NCBI GenBank assembly: GCA_027923505.1
Contig: BROI01000007.1
Location: 124,001-188,000, forward strand
DNA: 64,000 nt
Direction: 5' to 3'
From: Mayamaea pseudoterrestris
Lineage: Eukaryota
A model generated the notes under the pieces. The model worked only from the letters and a program-made list of their open reading frames with translations, made no database searches and was not told where the DNA came from. The position numbers and the translations under genes were made by a program. Shown piece after piece: positions 22,191-34,332 of this stretch; within the stretch, counting starts at the first letter, position 1, and each line of letters opens with the position of its first letter.

Positions 22191-24032
22191 ATGATCCTAG
22201 TGCAGAAAGTGCTTTTAAAGTCGATATTGGTTCTCTTGGCTCTACATGAATCATACAGTTATTCTCCATCTCCCCGTTTACAAATTTCGCGTCGGATCGA
22301 CTGCTCACTCAGCTTTCAGAAGACCTTGTTTGTTGACGCCGAGTCCATCATGGACCAACAATCTTTTGATAAACTACAAGCTCTTATAAGTAAACGGTTG
22401 GCAGCTCGAAATGCCCGCGATTATGTTAAAGCCGATGCCTTGAAACAGGAGATTGATGCTGTAGAGCTTCCCACTGGCTTCCGGATCTCGATTGAGGACG
22501 TGCCGTATAGTGCTGGCGGTGGATCCACTTTCAAGCTTTGCTACAAAATAAATGAGGAACTGCGTGACGGCCCAAACATTCTTCAACTGGCGCACATTGC
22601 TCTTGGAATGGCCGTCTCGCACGCTGAACGAAATATTGTCCTCTCAGCGAGCAGGGTCGACGCGATTACGAATAGAGCAAAGCAAGTGTTAGTAACTTGG
22701 CGTAATGCCGACATTCAACTGCGATCATTACATTTAGGTAACGGAGATGGGAGTATTTCCTTTGAGCGCTACTGCAATTTACGAGCGGCGTCCACGTCGG
22801 ATGTCGCCAGCTGGTGCATCGTCGAAGAACAATTGAGTGGTCGCAAAGCTGCCGACGCCGCCTATTGGTTCGCCTTGGCTGGATCAAGAGATGAGGAATT
22901 ATTTGACCTTTTAACTCAGGTTTGTACAAAAGAAGTGCGGCGATTTGGTTGTCGACCTTCGTGTCAACTTAAGGACTTGACGGCAATCTGTGACAAATTG
23001 GCAGCTGCTGGTGTTCGACGATCGGAACTGTTTGAAGAAACTGTCGCCACCTGTGTGGCAGCATTGAATCCCGAGGACAATGATTTTAAGGAGTCGCATC
23101 AACTTTTGGCATTGCATGGCGAGAGTTGTGCCTACATGATCTGGAAGTTTGCCTCGCGACAACGAAAACAGAAATCTTTTCTCATTACGGCCGCAAAGCA
23201 TTGGGAGTCACAGATGGACGGTGGTGAACCTCTGCAACACGACGTGATGGATGAAGTGCAGTACTGTCCAAAGCGCAATTGGCATTCTATGTATACTGAT
23301 CCCACTCGGCCACTCGTCGTTGACCTTGGTTGTGGCATGGGCCTTAGTTTGCTAGGTTTGGCGGGCAATAATGACAACGAGCTATCGAGTTGGCATGGAT
23401 GCAACTTTGTTGGAGCCGACTTGAGTTCCCTTGCCATTCGGTATGCAAGCGGCATTGCTGCTCGCTGGAAGTTGGAAAATATTTTGCAGTTTATTGTCGA
23501 CTCGGCAGAGCAATTATTAAGTGATCTGGAAGATTATCCTGGCCCTGTTCATACCGTATTGGTGCAATTCCCGACGCCATATCAGTTGCAAGCATCTTTT
23601 ACCGAGCCAGGTCGACGTGATGCCGGTAATTCACAGCTCCCTACTTCGGTCGATGATGGTTTCATGGTGACTCCTGCACTCCTTGAAAAAGTATTCTGCC
23701 TTTTACAGGCGCACCATGACCATGGAGCCATCGGAAAGCTCATTATTCAATCCAACTGCGAGGATGTAGCACTCTGGATTTATGACACATGTTGTCGCTT
23801 GGGGTATAATGCGGACGAAGCAGCGAACTGCGTCATGCACCCTACTGCCAACATAAGTCAACGAACGAGCCGATGGCTAGCGTCTGGTGGTTCGAGAGCT
23901 ATTGGCTTCGCCTGGAGCTCAGAGCCACTTTTGCCAAAATGGGCTTGGACAGAGACAGAAGTTGCGTGTGACGTGAACGATACGCCAGTACATCGGTGTT
24001 TGCTACGACCACCGGCAGTATCTATCGACTGA
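22191..24032 (+). CDS. SAM-dependent methyltransferase, TrmB (tRNA m7G46)-like, with CysRS C-terminal-like helical module; signal peptide
   Basis: LVVDLGCGMG, GADLS, VQFPTPY, QSNCEDVA, TETE; N-terminal LISKRLAARNARDYVKADALKQEI...ISIED. Confidence 0.7.
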   Translation: MILVQKVLLKSILVLLALHESYSYSPSPRLQISRRIDCSLSFQKTLFVDAESIMDQQSFDKLQALISKRLAARNARDYVKADALKQEIDAVELPTGFRISIEDVPYSAGGGSTFKLCYKINEELRDGPNILQLAHIALGMAVSHAERNIVLSASRVDAITNRAKQVLVTWRNADIQLRSLHLGNGDGSISFERYCNLRAASTSDVASWCIVEEQLSGRKAADAAYWFALAGSRDEELFDLLTQVCTKEVRRFGCRPSCQLKDLTAICDKLAAAGVRRSELFEETVATCVAALNPEDNDFKESHQLLALHGESCAYMIWKFASRQRKQKSFLITAAKHWESQMDGGEPLQHDVMDEVQYCPKRNWHSMYTDPTRPLVVDLGCGMGLSLLGLAGNNDNELSSWHGCNFVGADLSSLAIRYASGIAARWKLENILQFIVDSAEQLLSDLEDYPGPVHTVLVQFPTPYQLQASFTEPGRRDAGNSQLPTSVDDGFMVTPALLEKVFCLLQAHHDHGAIGKLIIQSNCEDVALWIYDTCCRLGYNADEAANCVMHPTANISQRTSRWLASGGSRAIGFAWSSEPLLPKWAWTETEVACDVNDTPVHRCLLRPPAVSID

Positions 24033-25018
24033 AGCATCCCTCATCCTGCAAGTAATTTATCGTTGCCATAATTCATAGGAAAATGTATTTTGGCGATTTC
24101 ATACTTTGAATTTGTGTCCACTATGAGACTTGCAATGTCGACTGCTTCAAATTACTCCTAGCGCTTTTAAAGTTACACTCGCAGGACTGATTATTATGGC
24201 CTTATTCCATGCTTCGTTTAATTCGGCGCTGACCGCTGATAAACAAGTTTGATAAGTCGTTGGCCAAAATGGTACCGCACTTCTTCATGACCGGTAGGAA
24301 TAAAGACAAGGGTGGTAAAGATTTGAAGGAGAAAGTAGACGTTTTAGCGTATTGTGAATAATGCCAACACCTTACATAAAGATGGTGCATTACCCATTAC
24401 TTTGAGTCGTAAGCTAGAAGCTAGGTCAAATTGGCAGCCCTTCACCCATGATGTTTGACACTTTATATGCGCAGGTCGCACCAGTAGGGTAGCAAAAATG
24501 ATTTGTCAAACTGTCGTCCCTAATTTGTCGTTGCGCATAGTGTGCTTGGATCTAGATCGAATGCGTTTAGGTTATATTGAAATGAGCTGGATACAAGCCT
24601 GTACTTTTGTCTCGCCACAGGTGTGGCATAAAGTAGTGCATGTCCCTGCCTGGAATTTCGTACAAACTTGTAGCAGATTTTTGTGTCTGCGTGATGGGCG
24701 CCAGGTCGACAAGCCTTGTACCGTCTGGTTTCAACCTTTTCGTAAGTTTTTCCGTGTTAAGTATAGCTAATTGATTTGCATGAGTGTGCATGCTAAATCT
24801 CCGTCGGGCAGGATGCGAGGACGGTCAGGCAAGCCTCAATAGCTAACAAAGCGAATGAGCACATCCGCCTATGGACAGGATTGATCATCGACCACCACGA
24901 AACCGCCGCAGCAAATGCGACGAAACCTTTGAGTGAGCTCTCCTTATTCATACTATAACAAACTCTTGCGTTTTCTTTGTCCAAGCTATTGAAATCTATA
25001 CACGAACTCAAAAAGGAA

Positions 25019-28000
25019 ATGTCATTTGCCGGTGGCAATCCAGCGAAAACGTCGCAGACGCCGGCGACAACAGGAGCTACCTTTTCTAGTGGTGCTCCTG
25101 CGAGTGGACCTGCATCGGCTGGAGCAGCACCACCCGCTTTTGGTTCAACATCAGCTGCACCAGCAACACCAGGTGTTTTGGATTCTGCAACGGCTACCTC
25201 GTCTTCTGGAGGATTGACCGCGGGGTCAGCTTCGAACTTGCTGTTCGCTGGAGCTGCCGCGCCTTCAGCAACCGGTGGTTTATCATCGTCGAACAATACT
25301 ACTGCCACCCGACCCCCTACCATGATTGTTCCAGATTATGAGACTTTATTTACTGGACAAGCTTTATGGGACGTTTTAAAACCTCTCACTGTCGCCGCAC
25401 TCGATGCCAGTGATAAGCTGTCAGGACAAGAGCTCAAGCATCTTGTTGTCGCAACGCATAAAGACAAACTTCTCAATCCACCCATTTTACAAGAAACGCA
25501 ACCAAACATGCAGCTCCGCCAGCAACTAATGCAGCATCCAACCGTCTTGTATCAAAATAATGAGGCAACTTTGACCATGCCCATGCTGCATCAAGTGTTT
25601 GCGCTTTCCGACGATTTGCGTATTTCCGAGCAAGCTGCCCTTTGCTTGTATGCCAAGGCGAGTCCGCTAGCTTCCCGACGAAACATATTAAATGCTCTGG
25701 ATCCTCAAACCATGGATTATTTGAAACTTAATTTACACCATGACGGCGACAATGATGTCAATCGCGAGGGACTTGAAATTGGCCAAGTGGCGCGAGCGCT
25801 TTACCTGTTTGACCTCAAGCTTCATTTGCGAACGTTGCTTTTACTTTTCCAGTGTCGACTACAGGACGCTTCTGGATGCATTGTTCTTGCGACAGACAAG
25901 CTGCTGCAGCTCGGACTTGTGCACAGTTTGGTGACGGTAGTTCGCGAATATACGGGGCTCACTGGTCACATGCAGGACGCATTTGGTCGCGTGCCATTTT
26001 CGGCAAAGACTTTTCTGCCTGTTTTAATCAATTTTTGCGCCGGAGAACGATTAGCAGCAGCCTTGATTCTGTACTTTGTTGCTTACCATTGTCAGATGGA
26101 AGGACGGGAGGTGGCTGTTATGATTGATTTGGTGCGCGATTTAAGCAACAATCAGCCAATTTTAGATCCATTTGACGAAAACTTTGTCCCCAGCGCTGTA
26201 CAATCACCAATAGATTTTGCCATGGGTACCTCGTGGAGTCAGCAGTCGGCACAGAGAGAAAAGGATCCAGTAGCGTGGAAAGATGAATTGGTGAATCGGG
26301 TTTGCCACACGGGCCTGCATCATCTGTTGCGTTGTACTGGAGTTTGCGTTATGGCTGTGCTTGCAGCACTGGATGCGCAATCAGAGCTCTCGGATCGAAC
26401 ATCGCATTCAACAAATCCATTTGGGTCAGGCAACGCCTTGTTGCCGCCAAACTCTACTGATACTACAAATTTACTCTTCTTTCACGACAAACTGACGCTG
26501 CGGGTCGAAAAGGATTGGCAGCGTCCCGATATATTCGGGTTGTTGCTGGCTGGATACTCATTGTTGCTACGTAGATCGCCTGCGGCACTCGCCTCGCCTC
26601 GCATGGGTCCGACGTCTCCTCGAGGTGCTACTGCAATTGATATCCGCAAGGCATGGAAAGAAGGCATCCAAGCTCCAACGCAGCTCAAGTCGATTACGTA
26701 CGCTCGTCTCTGTTTGATTCCAGCACTTCGAATGCCAAAGGATGATTTGCTACCTAACTGCATTCCCAGCGAGTTTCTGTTGTCTACGCTGGCTGGTTTC
26801 ACGTCGCAGTTTTTTGATCAAATATTGTGTACCGGCGGGGCTCCAATTTCGCGACGTAAATGGGATCAGGATGCTAAAGAAGCATTGCGACTGAATGCGA
26901 AGTACCAGGAAGAGCAAAAAAGCTTTCAGTCATGGGCAGGAACTAGTGCGGTCATTTATGAGCAACTTCCGACGTCTGTCGACCCGTTGGATCGTCCGGA
27001 TTGTATGGACGATGTTGTCGCCTTCGCTACGACAGTTTGCTCGCTCGGCGCCAACTATGCGTCGCCTTTTTGGTTGCAAACGGAAGAAACACGTGCGGGC
27101 GATGATGGTGGGATGAATGCCACACGTTTTAGATTGGAAGCTAGTCAAGCGCTTTTAGCGCTCGGACTGCAACAATCGGAAGATGGAAGCTTGCGACCTG
27201 CATATTTGTCGTTCCTTGCGGCGTTAGCATCTGTTGATGACGAATGCTTTGTGGAGTCTGGAGCAAGTTGTATTTATCAGCTGCTTTCGGATGGGCCTGA
27301 CGCAATTGAGTCGTGGACTTCTTTGTTTCAGGTGCCGAGGTACTTTATACAAGAACTTGATCTACGTTCAGGTCATGGTGCGCCCATCGTTCGATCCGAT
27401 TCCACGAACGCAACATCATATTATTACGATGATTCGGGCCTTAATGTTCCACACTCCGTTGCCTTCGGGAGCTCTCGGGGAATGGAGAAAGTATTCCAGG
27501 CTAGAGAGCTTGGAGAAGATAACACATATCTGGTGATGTCTGTAATGCGGTTGATTACAAATGTCGCACGGCATTCAGTCTCTGGACGACTGGGGCTTCT
27601 AGGAATGCCGATTCCTGTGCAGGAATCCCGAGGTCGGCATCTTACTGGATGCGACAGCGCACTTATGGTTCTATTTACTTTTGCCTGTCAGCCATTGTCG
27701 CCAGAATTGAGAGGAGCTGTATTTTCTGCTATTGCCGCACTTCTTTGTGTCAACCGCGCAACCGCACAAGAAATGACAAAGCTACATGAATATGGGCTGA
27801 GTGCGTGGGATATGCTAGATGCATGTCAGGTGGTCCCAATTTTCCATCTTGATCAGTATACGACTGGACACCAATCATCGCGAGACGCCGATTTGATGAC
27901 GGGGCTAGCTTTCCCCCCTTCATCGCTATCTATGGTAAGACGAATGTCAATTACGATGGTGTGAGTGTACGTGGTCAAAGTCTCAAGTTCTTCGTCGTTG

Positions 28001-31000
28001 CAGGCGATAACGAGGCATGGCAAGTCATGGATCCCTCCGAACACGTTGTACTCAATCATATATGAACTTGAATATGTTGAAACAAATCTTGGCGTTTATT
28101 TTTCCACAGAAGGATTACTCCGCCTTCTCCGGTCACTATTTGAATCAGCGGGCTCGCCGTCGCACGTTGGTGGTTCATATCGCTCAAGGACAGGGTGCAC
28201 GCCGTACATCGAATACGTTATAAACTATGTTCTCCGACGAGCAGTTGGCTGCTTTGATGAAAGCCAAGAACCGATTCGTTTCAATTCTCTGGTTGCCAAG
28301 CGACGTCTGATCACTTTGGCCCTGGAGGTGGCGGACACAGTCTTAACGCAGTACTACGTTTCAGACGCCCTCAAGAAAGACGAGGCATCTGCTAACATGA
28401 ATTTGGTGAAGCGGTGCAACATGCTTCGAATTCCCGCGTCGGTTCACGCTCTGGCCACACAACCCTTCGCCGAAGATTCCGACTTGTTTATTCGCGACTT
28501 TAACCCAAGTGGATTCGAAAGTATTAGTCCGGAAGACCTAGCTACATGTCAAAGTACTCACAAACTTCCCCGCGTCGCCAGTCCTGGACTTGTGGTACTT
28601 TTGGGAATGCTCTTAACAAACGGAGGCGCTCTTTTCGAATCGATTGTCATTACTATCACGGACGTCGAGATTGACGGAGCAACGGCCGATCGAGCATCAC
28701 TTACGTACGCTGCCTTCTGTGCAACTCCCCCCACCATCGCCAGTTCCAAGGCGTTAAGTCGTGCGTCTTCCAAAAAAATGCTGCTAATGACGCTTCTGAC
28801 TCCACTTGAAGCCGAGACGAGCGATTCAATGAGATACTGGAACGAGCGTTGCACTGTTGCCGCTTTGCACTTATGCTGTGCTGCCGTATTGCGCGAAAAG
28901 GATCTGGTGCTTGTTGTTGAGTCGATGCCACGGACAATGACACTTGTCCCTGTTTTGAGTTTTAATGAGATAGGACCCAGACATTCTGCTCTTGAAACTG
29001 TGGACCTCCAAGTGTCGAGAATGACAAGCCTGCTACTACGGTCTGATGTTCGCACTGGCATCATTTCTCGCATCATAGATTTGGTTGGATACGTCTCACA
29101 AAATGACGAGTATGAGGTCGAGATAGCAGCGATGGCAACCATTCTGGTTACTTGCGCCGAGGAGCCCTTTTCTTTTAGCTGGGTAATTGGAGACGTGAGT
29201 GGCTCAGCAGGTGGGCGACTATTCTCGCTGAGCAAGGCGTTCGGACGACGCTTGCTCAGATCAGCTTGTCGCAGCAGCTTCAGAGACGGAGACTACGAGG
29301 CCATCGGCCTTGTTCTGGAGTCTCTTGTGACCAATTTACGAAATTTTCAGTCGGATGCGTCGTCACCGCTTATGTTCGCTTTGTTAGGTGTGCACAATTT
29401 GGGGGCTGCACAAGAGCTCATGAGTGACGGAGCGTGTTTTGACGCCATTTTGCGAATGGTCAAGCAAAATCTACTCATCCAATCGTCCGAAACATCTTAC
29501 ATGGCGGCACTTTGCTATGAGGTCATCTTTCGCATGTACCAGATTGCGCTGCAGATACGTGATAATAGCCTTTCTGAAGTTGTGGCAGAAAAACTTCGCT
29601 CCGTCGACGTCTTGCGATGTTCGCTGAAACGGCTAACCGACGTCTACGTGGAGAGTGTCATGACGGGCAATGAGAATGTAACGCATTCGATTGCATGGGT
29701 TGTCAAGTGTCTGGCTCTAGAGGTTCGCTTTGCGGGCGAGTCCCATTTACGCATGCATTCATTTAACGAGCTCCTATCTTTTCTTTTTGAGCCACCAAAT
29801 GGTATGCTTTGCAAGATAGTTCGATGCATTCCAATTAAAAAGCTACAACTTAAGCCTGGGGGCGTCGCCATGTCGGAGGAGTCGATTCGGGCTGCCAAGA
29901 TACAATTGCCAGGCGCTCTTGAGGTTGTGCGCGGCTACGAAATTATTGATGGTGATTGCCTGATGGGTAAAATTGTAGGTGGCGATGATACGAAAGAGTC
30001 TTTGAAGTCATGGACCGACCAATGGAACCTTTTTATACGAAGAGATTGTTCCAGTGCGCATATAACCAGTGCCATTCATACAATTTTAACAGCCGTCAAT
30101 GTTGTTGAAAATTTTTGGAGCATTCAGACATTCTCTTTTATCGAGTTCAGCGGCTGCATGCTATTCGAAATCTTAGAGAAATTGGCTTTTGCTAGCAACG
30201 ACGGGCTGGATCACAACTTTTACACAACTGCAACGAGAAATTTTGCGCTTATGGCGCTTCAAGCCGTCGCAGCGATGGGGAGAGGACGATGCTGTTCCGA
30301 TAATATCATCTTTCGATATCTTGCGCGCGTAATCGCATCATCGGGATGGTCAAGGTATCGGAATGGGGTTGGTGAGTCACGGAAGCATGAAAGAACGATC
30401 ATCTTTGCCACGGTTCTCTGTCTATTGCTCGACGCTGATGCGATGAATTTTAATCTACCGGGTGGCGAGGATGTAGACTGGACAGACACGACAAGAGTTT
30501 TGGCTTGTATGGCGTGTTTATCCACTGCGTCGGTATATAATGAGTACGCCAGTATAGCTAGTGCTTGCCTCGTCTACATATTGGATTTGAATGCAAACCG
30601 GGAAAATTTTTTGCTGGCTACCTTTTTTGCAGATATGGATCAATGTCAAAAGCGACATTCAATCCATTTAATGGTGGAGAGCATGGCAAGACTTGATAGA
30701 GCGCCTGTCGGTGTGTTGCAAGAGATCGTGCTTCTGCCGGATGGAGCTAAGTTGCTGCATCAGTTCAAAGTATTAGACAAGATTGAAACTGCGGCCGAGA
30801 ACTACAAGAATAGTGTAGTAGCTAGCCCTGGTGATACGAACGAAACAGAGCTGATTGCGGGTCACATGGACATCCTTACTGCCTTGATGCTTGAGGAAAC
30901 GGACGATGTTGGACGGCTAAATGATACAGCTTTGCGAGCTTTACATGTTTTGCGCCTGTATGTGCCAGTACTTCAGCCGTTCTTATCAAATTTCCCGTTT

Positions 31001-31852
31001 AAAGGCGATACGCTACGTGCAACCTTCCGCTGTTTAACATTGGCAAGGATGATACGTCGCGACAATGAAAACTTAGTGCCGCAACTTTCAATGATTCAGG
31101 CGCCACCTGACGATCAATTGATGCAATTTCAGGTGGCTTCAACAGCATTGCTTATGCACATGGCGGAATACCCCCTGCCGCGTCATTTGATGCATCCTCT
31201 GCCACCGCTTCCTTCTTGTGTTAGCGGCATTTCAAGGGATGCGCCGCCTGTCTTCGATGGAAAGAAATGTTGGTGGGATGGCGTTTCGGTGCAATTGAGT
31301 TCAAATGATGAGATACTTGAATATGCAGGGCTTGGGGCTGAAACACTCAAGATAGGACTCGCGGCACTCGATGAACGCAGCTGGCCAGCGTTGAGTGATG
31401 CAGATCAGATAGCCCGGGCTATATGCCGATGCGTTGAAGCAATCAGAGTAAGTCCACGGTCTGCACGAAATCGTGTAATTAAAGCTTCGTTCCCATATAT
31501 GCTAATTGTGATCGTTTCTCAGGTACTCGAAAGGATGGGCACTACTAATACGCTGGTGCCTTGTAGTGACGACAAAGCGAACCTACTGAGATCAAACCTT
31601 GCTGACGCCTTGGAACTTTTGATTGTTGCTTGCATGCGCCTAGTCCAGCAAATTCACAACCGTGACTACAATCCCTCACAGAGCGAAAAAATTCCACACG
31701 TTCTGAAGACCTTTCGATTGACGCTTGATATGTGCCGACTCGATACCGAAGGAATTCAGCCGATGATTCCATCTCAAGGAGACGAAAATCTTTCGCAAGC
31801 TACATCTTTGAAAGACCTAGCATATGCGTTCCGGAAAGTCGTATTGCCATAA
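25019..31852 (+). CDS. NUP205: Nuclear pore scaffold nucleoporin Nup205/Nup192; introns 27935-28003 and probably 31448-31522
   Basis: About 2200-aa helical protein; SDDLRISEQAAL, LRGAVFSAIAAL..AWDML, IIYELEYVE...Y.STEGLLRLL, TPYIEYVINYVL resemble Nup205 motifs; canonical splice sites. Confidence 0.8.
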
Positions 31853-31874
31853 ATCTCTTCTAAATACTAAAAAA

Positions 31875-33455
31875 TTATTTAGTAATCCTCGACTTTAGTA
31901 TTCTATAGGCCTCGTTGATTAATTTCGTCCGCTCAATGGCTCGTTGCTTCTCCGCTTCGCTCCGTCCAGCCTGTAAGTCTGGGTGATGTTCCATCATCAG
32001 TTTTCGATACGCCGCACTGATCTGCGTTTTGGTGGCTGCATGTGTGATGCCGAGCACAGAATAGGGATCATTCGCATCGAAATCCCATTGGTATTCTTGC
32101 TTCGGCCGAGATGCCTTTTTGTATGTTTCCTGCTGCTTCGTCTGACGCCCTTGCGCAAACCCGCCTTGCTGCTGTTGCTGCTTTTGATATTGCTCGCGCG
32201 CCCAGGCTTCCCATGTCTCATACCAGTCAAAATTACCTCTCGTATGCTCGTCAGCAGTACTTAGTCGACTGAGGATCCTTGCTCGATTCTGCTGGAAATA
32301 TGCGCGGGCTGCACCATTGTCTTTTAAAGTATCTGCCAGCGGTATGCTTTCATCCATCAAAGCTTCGTGTTCGCGTTGCCGCTCCCATGCAGCAGCTGCG
32401 GCTCGCTTCTTAAAGAACGGCTGAACAACCTTCCGAAAGCCAACAAAGAGCGTTGCTACCGTCGCAATTATTGGTATACGAACCAAAATTCTACCAGCTA
32501 ACGCGAACAGCAGCTGAATTCCAGCCATTAGACCCCTGGGACCGAGTACTCTGGCAGCAACTTGTGCGTTGCCGAATGCTTGGTTGAGAAAACTGGATGA
32601 CGGCGACAGGTTGGTGCTTTTAAATACCTTGTGCGAGTCGCCGGAAACACCAACTCCAGCGTCACAGCCAGACACAAAAGCAGTATATTCCGCACCTAAA
32701 ACCTTATATTCAAAAACAAAGGTTGGCATCAACACCCTTCGCGACGCCACAACCTCAGTCTGTACATCAGTCTTCGAATAGGGTGACTCGCTCGCTAGTG
32801 CTACCAGCTCTTCCTTGACGACCGCAAGCGCTCGGCTTTTCGGACTGTTCCAAGGATCTAAAAATATCCCAAGCATTTGATCGTTAACCATCTTCATATC
32901 TCTTAACATCCACTGTCCAAATGGAATCGTTTGGTTGCCCAAGAAGACAAGACTTATGTTGTGTAGTGGGTTCAGCAATGATCTTCGATACGAATAACCG
33001 GCATACGACGACAACCCAGGAAGGTAGACAACGGATTGATTTCCATATGCTGCTTGAAATATATCGGGCTTCCAGTCAAATCTGCGATTGCCGTAGGAAT
33101 CCGTCACAACATACCGAACGTTCATGTCGAACGACCAAACAGGACAGTACGAAGCTGAGAGCTGGACAGAGTTCCTATTAAGAATCCATCGCAATCCCTG
33201 CTCGTCGTTAGCCCACTTGTAGAACTTTTTCGTCGCCTCTTCCGGCGATACCGTGAAGGGGAGCCCATCGGCTTTGAAGGACGAATCTCCTTCTCGACGA
33301 CGTGAAGACTGATATCGTCGTTGGTGCAGTTCCCAGCAGTTGAATTGGATTGCCGATGCATGTTTCAATAAAAGTGCCCGTTTGAACAGCAGAGCCCTAC
33401 AGCACGAACCAACATATGGGTGTGGCGGCATGTTTAAGTAATACGACACCGGCAT
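31875..33455 (-). CDS. Protein with C-terminal DnaJ domain, TM region, possible mitochondrial presequence
   Basis: DPYSVLG...ISAAYRKLMMEHHPD...TKLINEAYRIL; Arg-rich N-terminus. Confidence 0.85.
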   Translation of the reverse strand: MPVSYYLNMPPHPYVGSCCRALLFKRALLLKHASAIQFNCWELHQRRYQSSRRREGDSSFKADGLPFTVSPEEATKKFYKWANDEQGLRWILNRNSVQLSASYCPVWSFDMNVRYVVTDSYGNRRFDWKPDIFQAAYGNQSVVYLPGLSSYAGYSYRRSLLNPLHNISLVFLGNQTIPFGQWMLRDMKMVNDQMLGIFLDPWNSPKSRALAVVKEELVALASESPYSKTDVQTEVVASRRVLMPTFVFEYKVLGAEYTAFVSGCDAGVGVSGDSHKVFKSTNLSPSSSFLNQAFGNAQVAARVLGPRGLMAGIQLLFALAGRILVRIPIIATVATLFVGFRKVVQPFFKKRAAAAAWERQREHEALMDESIPLADTLKDNGAARAYFQQNRARILSRLSTADEHTRGNFDWYETWEAWAREQYQKQQQQQGGFAQGRQTKQQETYKKASRPKQEYQWDFDANDPYSVLGITHAATKTQISAAYRKLMMEHHPDLQAGRSEAEKQRAIERTKLINEAYRILKSRITK

Positions 33456-34332
33456 GAAGAAGAGGCGATATGGTCGTGCACTTTCCTTTTTGAAATTGTC
33501 AGTCGAAAATCAGTACCGCTACGATGTTAGAAGGTCGAACGGCCAGCTAATACCCATCCACTTATGCTGCATCATCGTCCCAACTTAACTACTGCATGCC
33601 ATGGCATCATTTATTTCCTAGTGGTTACCGGTAATAACGATATGTACTTGTAATATGAATACCTTTTTGATGGAAGTTAAGCTAATTATGAATCCTGGAA
33701 GGTAAATTCTTCAAAACAAAAGGTGACTGCCAATAATCTCCTGCCGTGCCAGGGTAACACAAGCAGAAAAGCCACTAATGCAGTAATACAGACTTGTGCA
33801 GCTTATATAGAATAGATACATATGTACAAAATCGCAAGCCATGATCACCTAATAGGTACCGTTGCAACTACTGGAGAAAGTTTTGTGCAGCTGTAACCCT
33901 GGACTTGTGTATCATATGCACTGGTATCATAGTATCATATAGTTCAGGCGCAACCGATGATGAGCTATAACAACAGTATTGTACAATGACCTAACCAGTA
34001 GTGAAAGCTTTGAACAAAAGATATTTTGGCAATGCAAAGAAAAAGGTCGCCGGCCAAATTCTATGGAGTGGCGCCATGGCCGATGCAGTGAGCGTTGTGC
34101 AGGAAAAATAGGGGCACGCCGGCGACTGGAACGTTTTGGGCAACGAGCGGAAACGTGGGCTAGCTACGTTCGTCGTATCGGTTCTGGCTCTGCTCGCGCG
34201 CCACACAATTATTTGAATTCGACGAGGGATTTAAATTTCGACACATCCATCAATCGAAAAAGTTTCGTCGAAGGCAGCGGGATAAAAGCAAACCGGTATG
34301 ATATTGAGTTGGACCATCTCTAGCCATATATC

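Noticed and set aside
33979..34323. 114-aa ORF upstream of the 34333 gene
   Set aside because: Non-ATG start, no motifs, lies in probable promoter/UTR.
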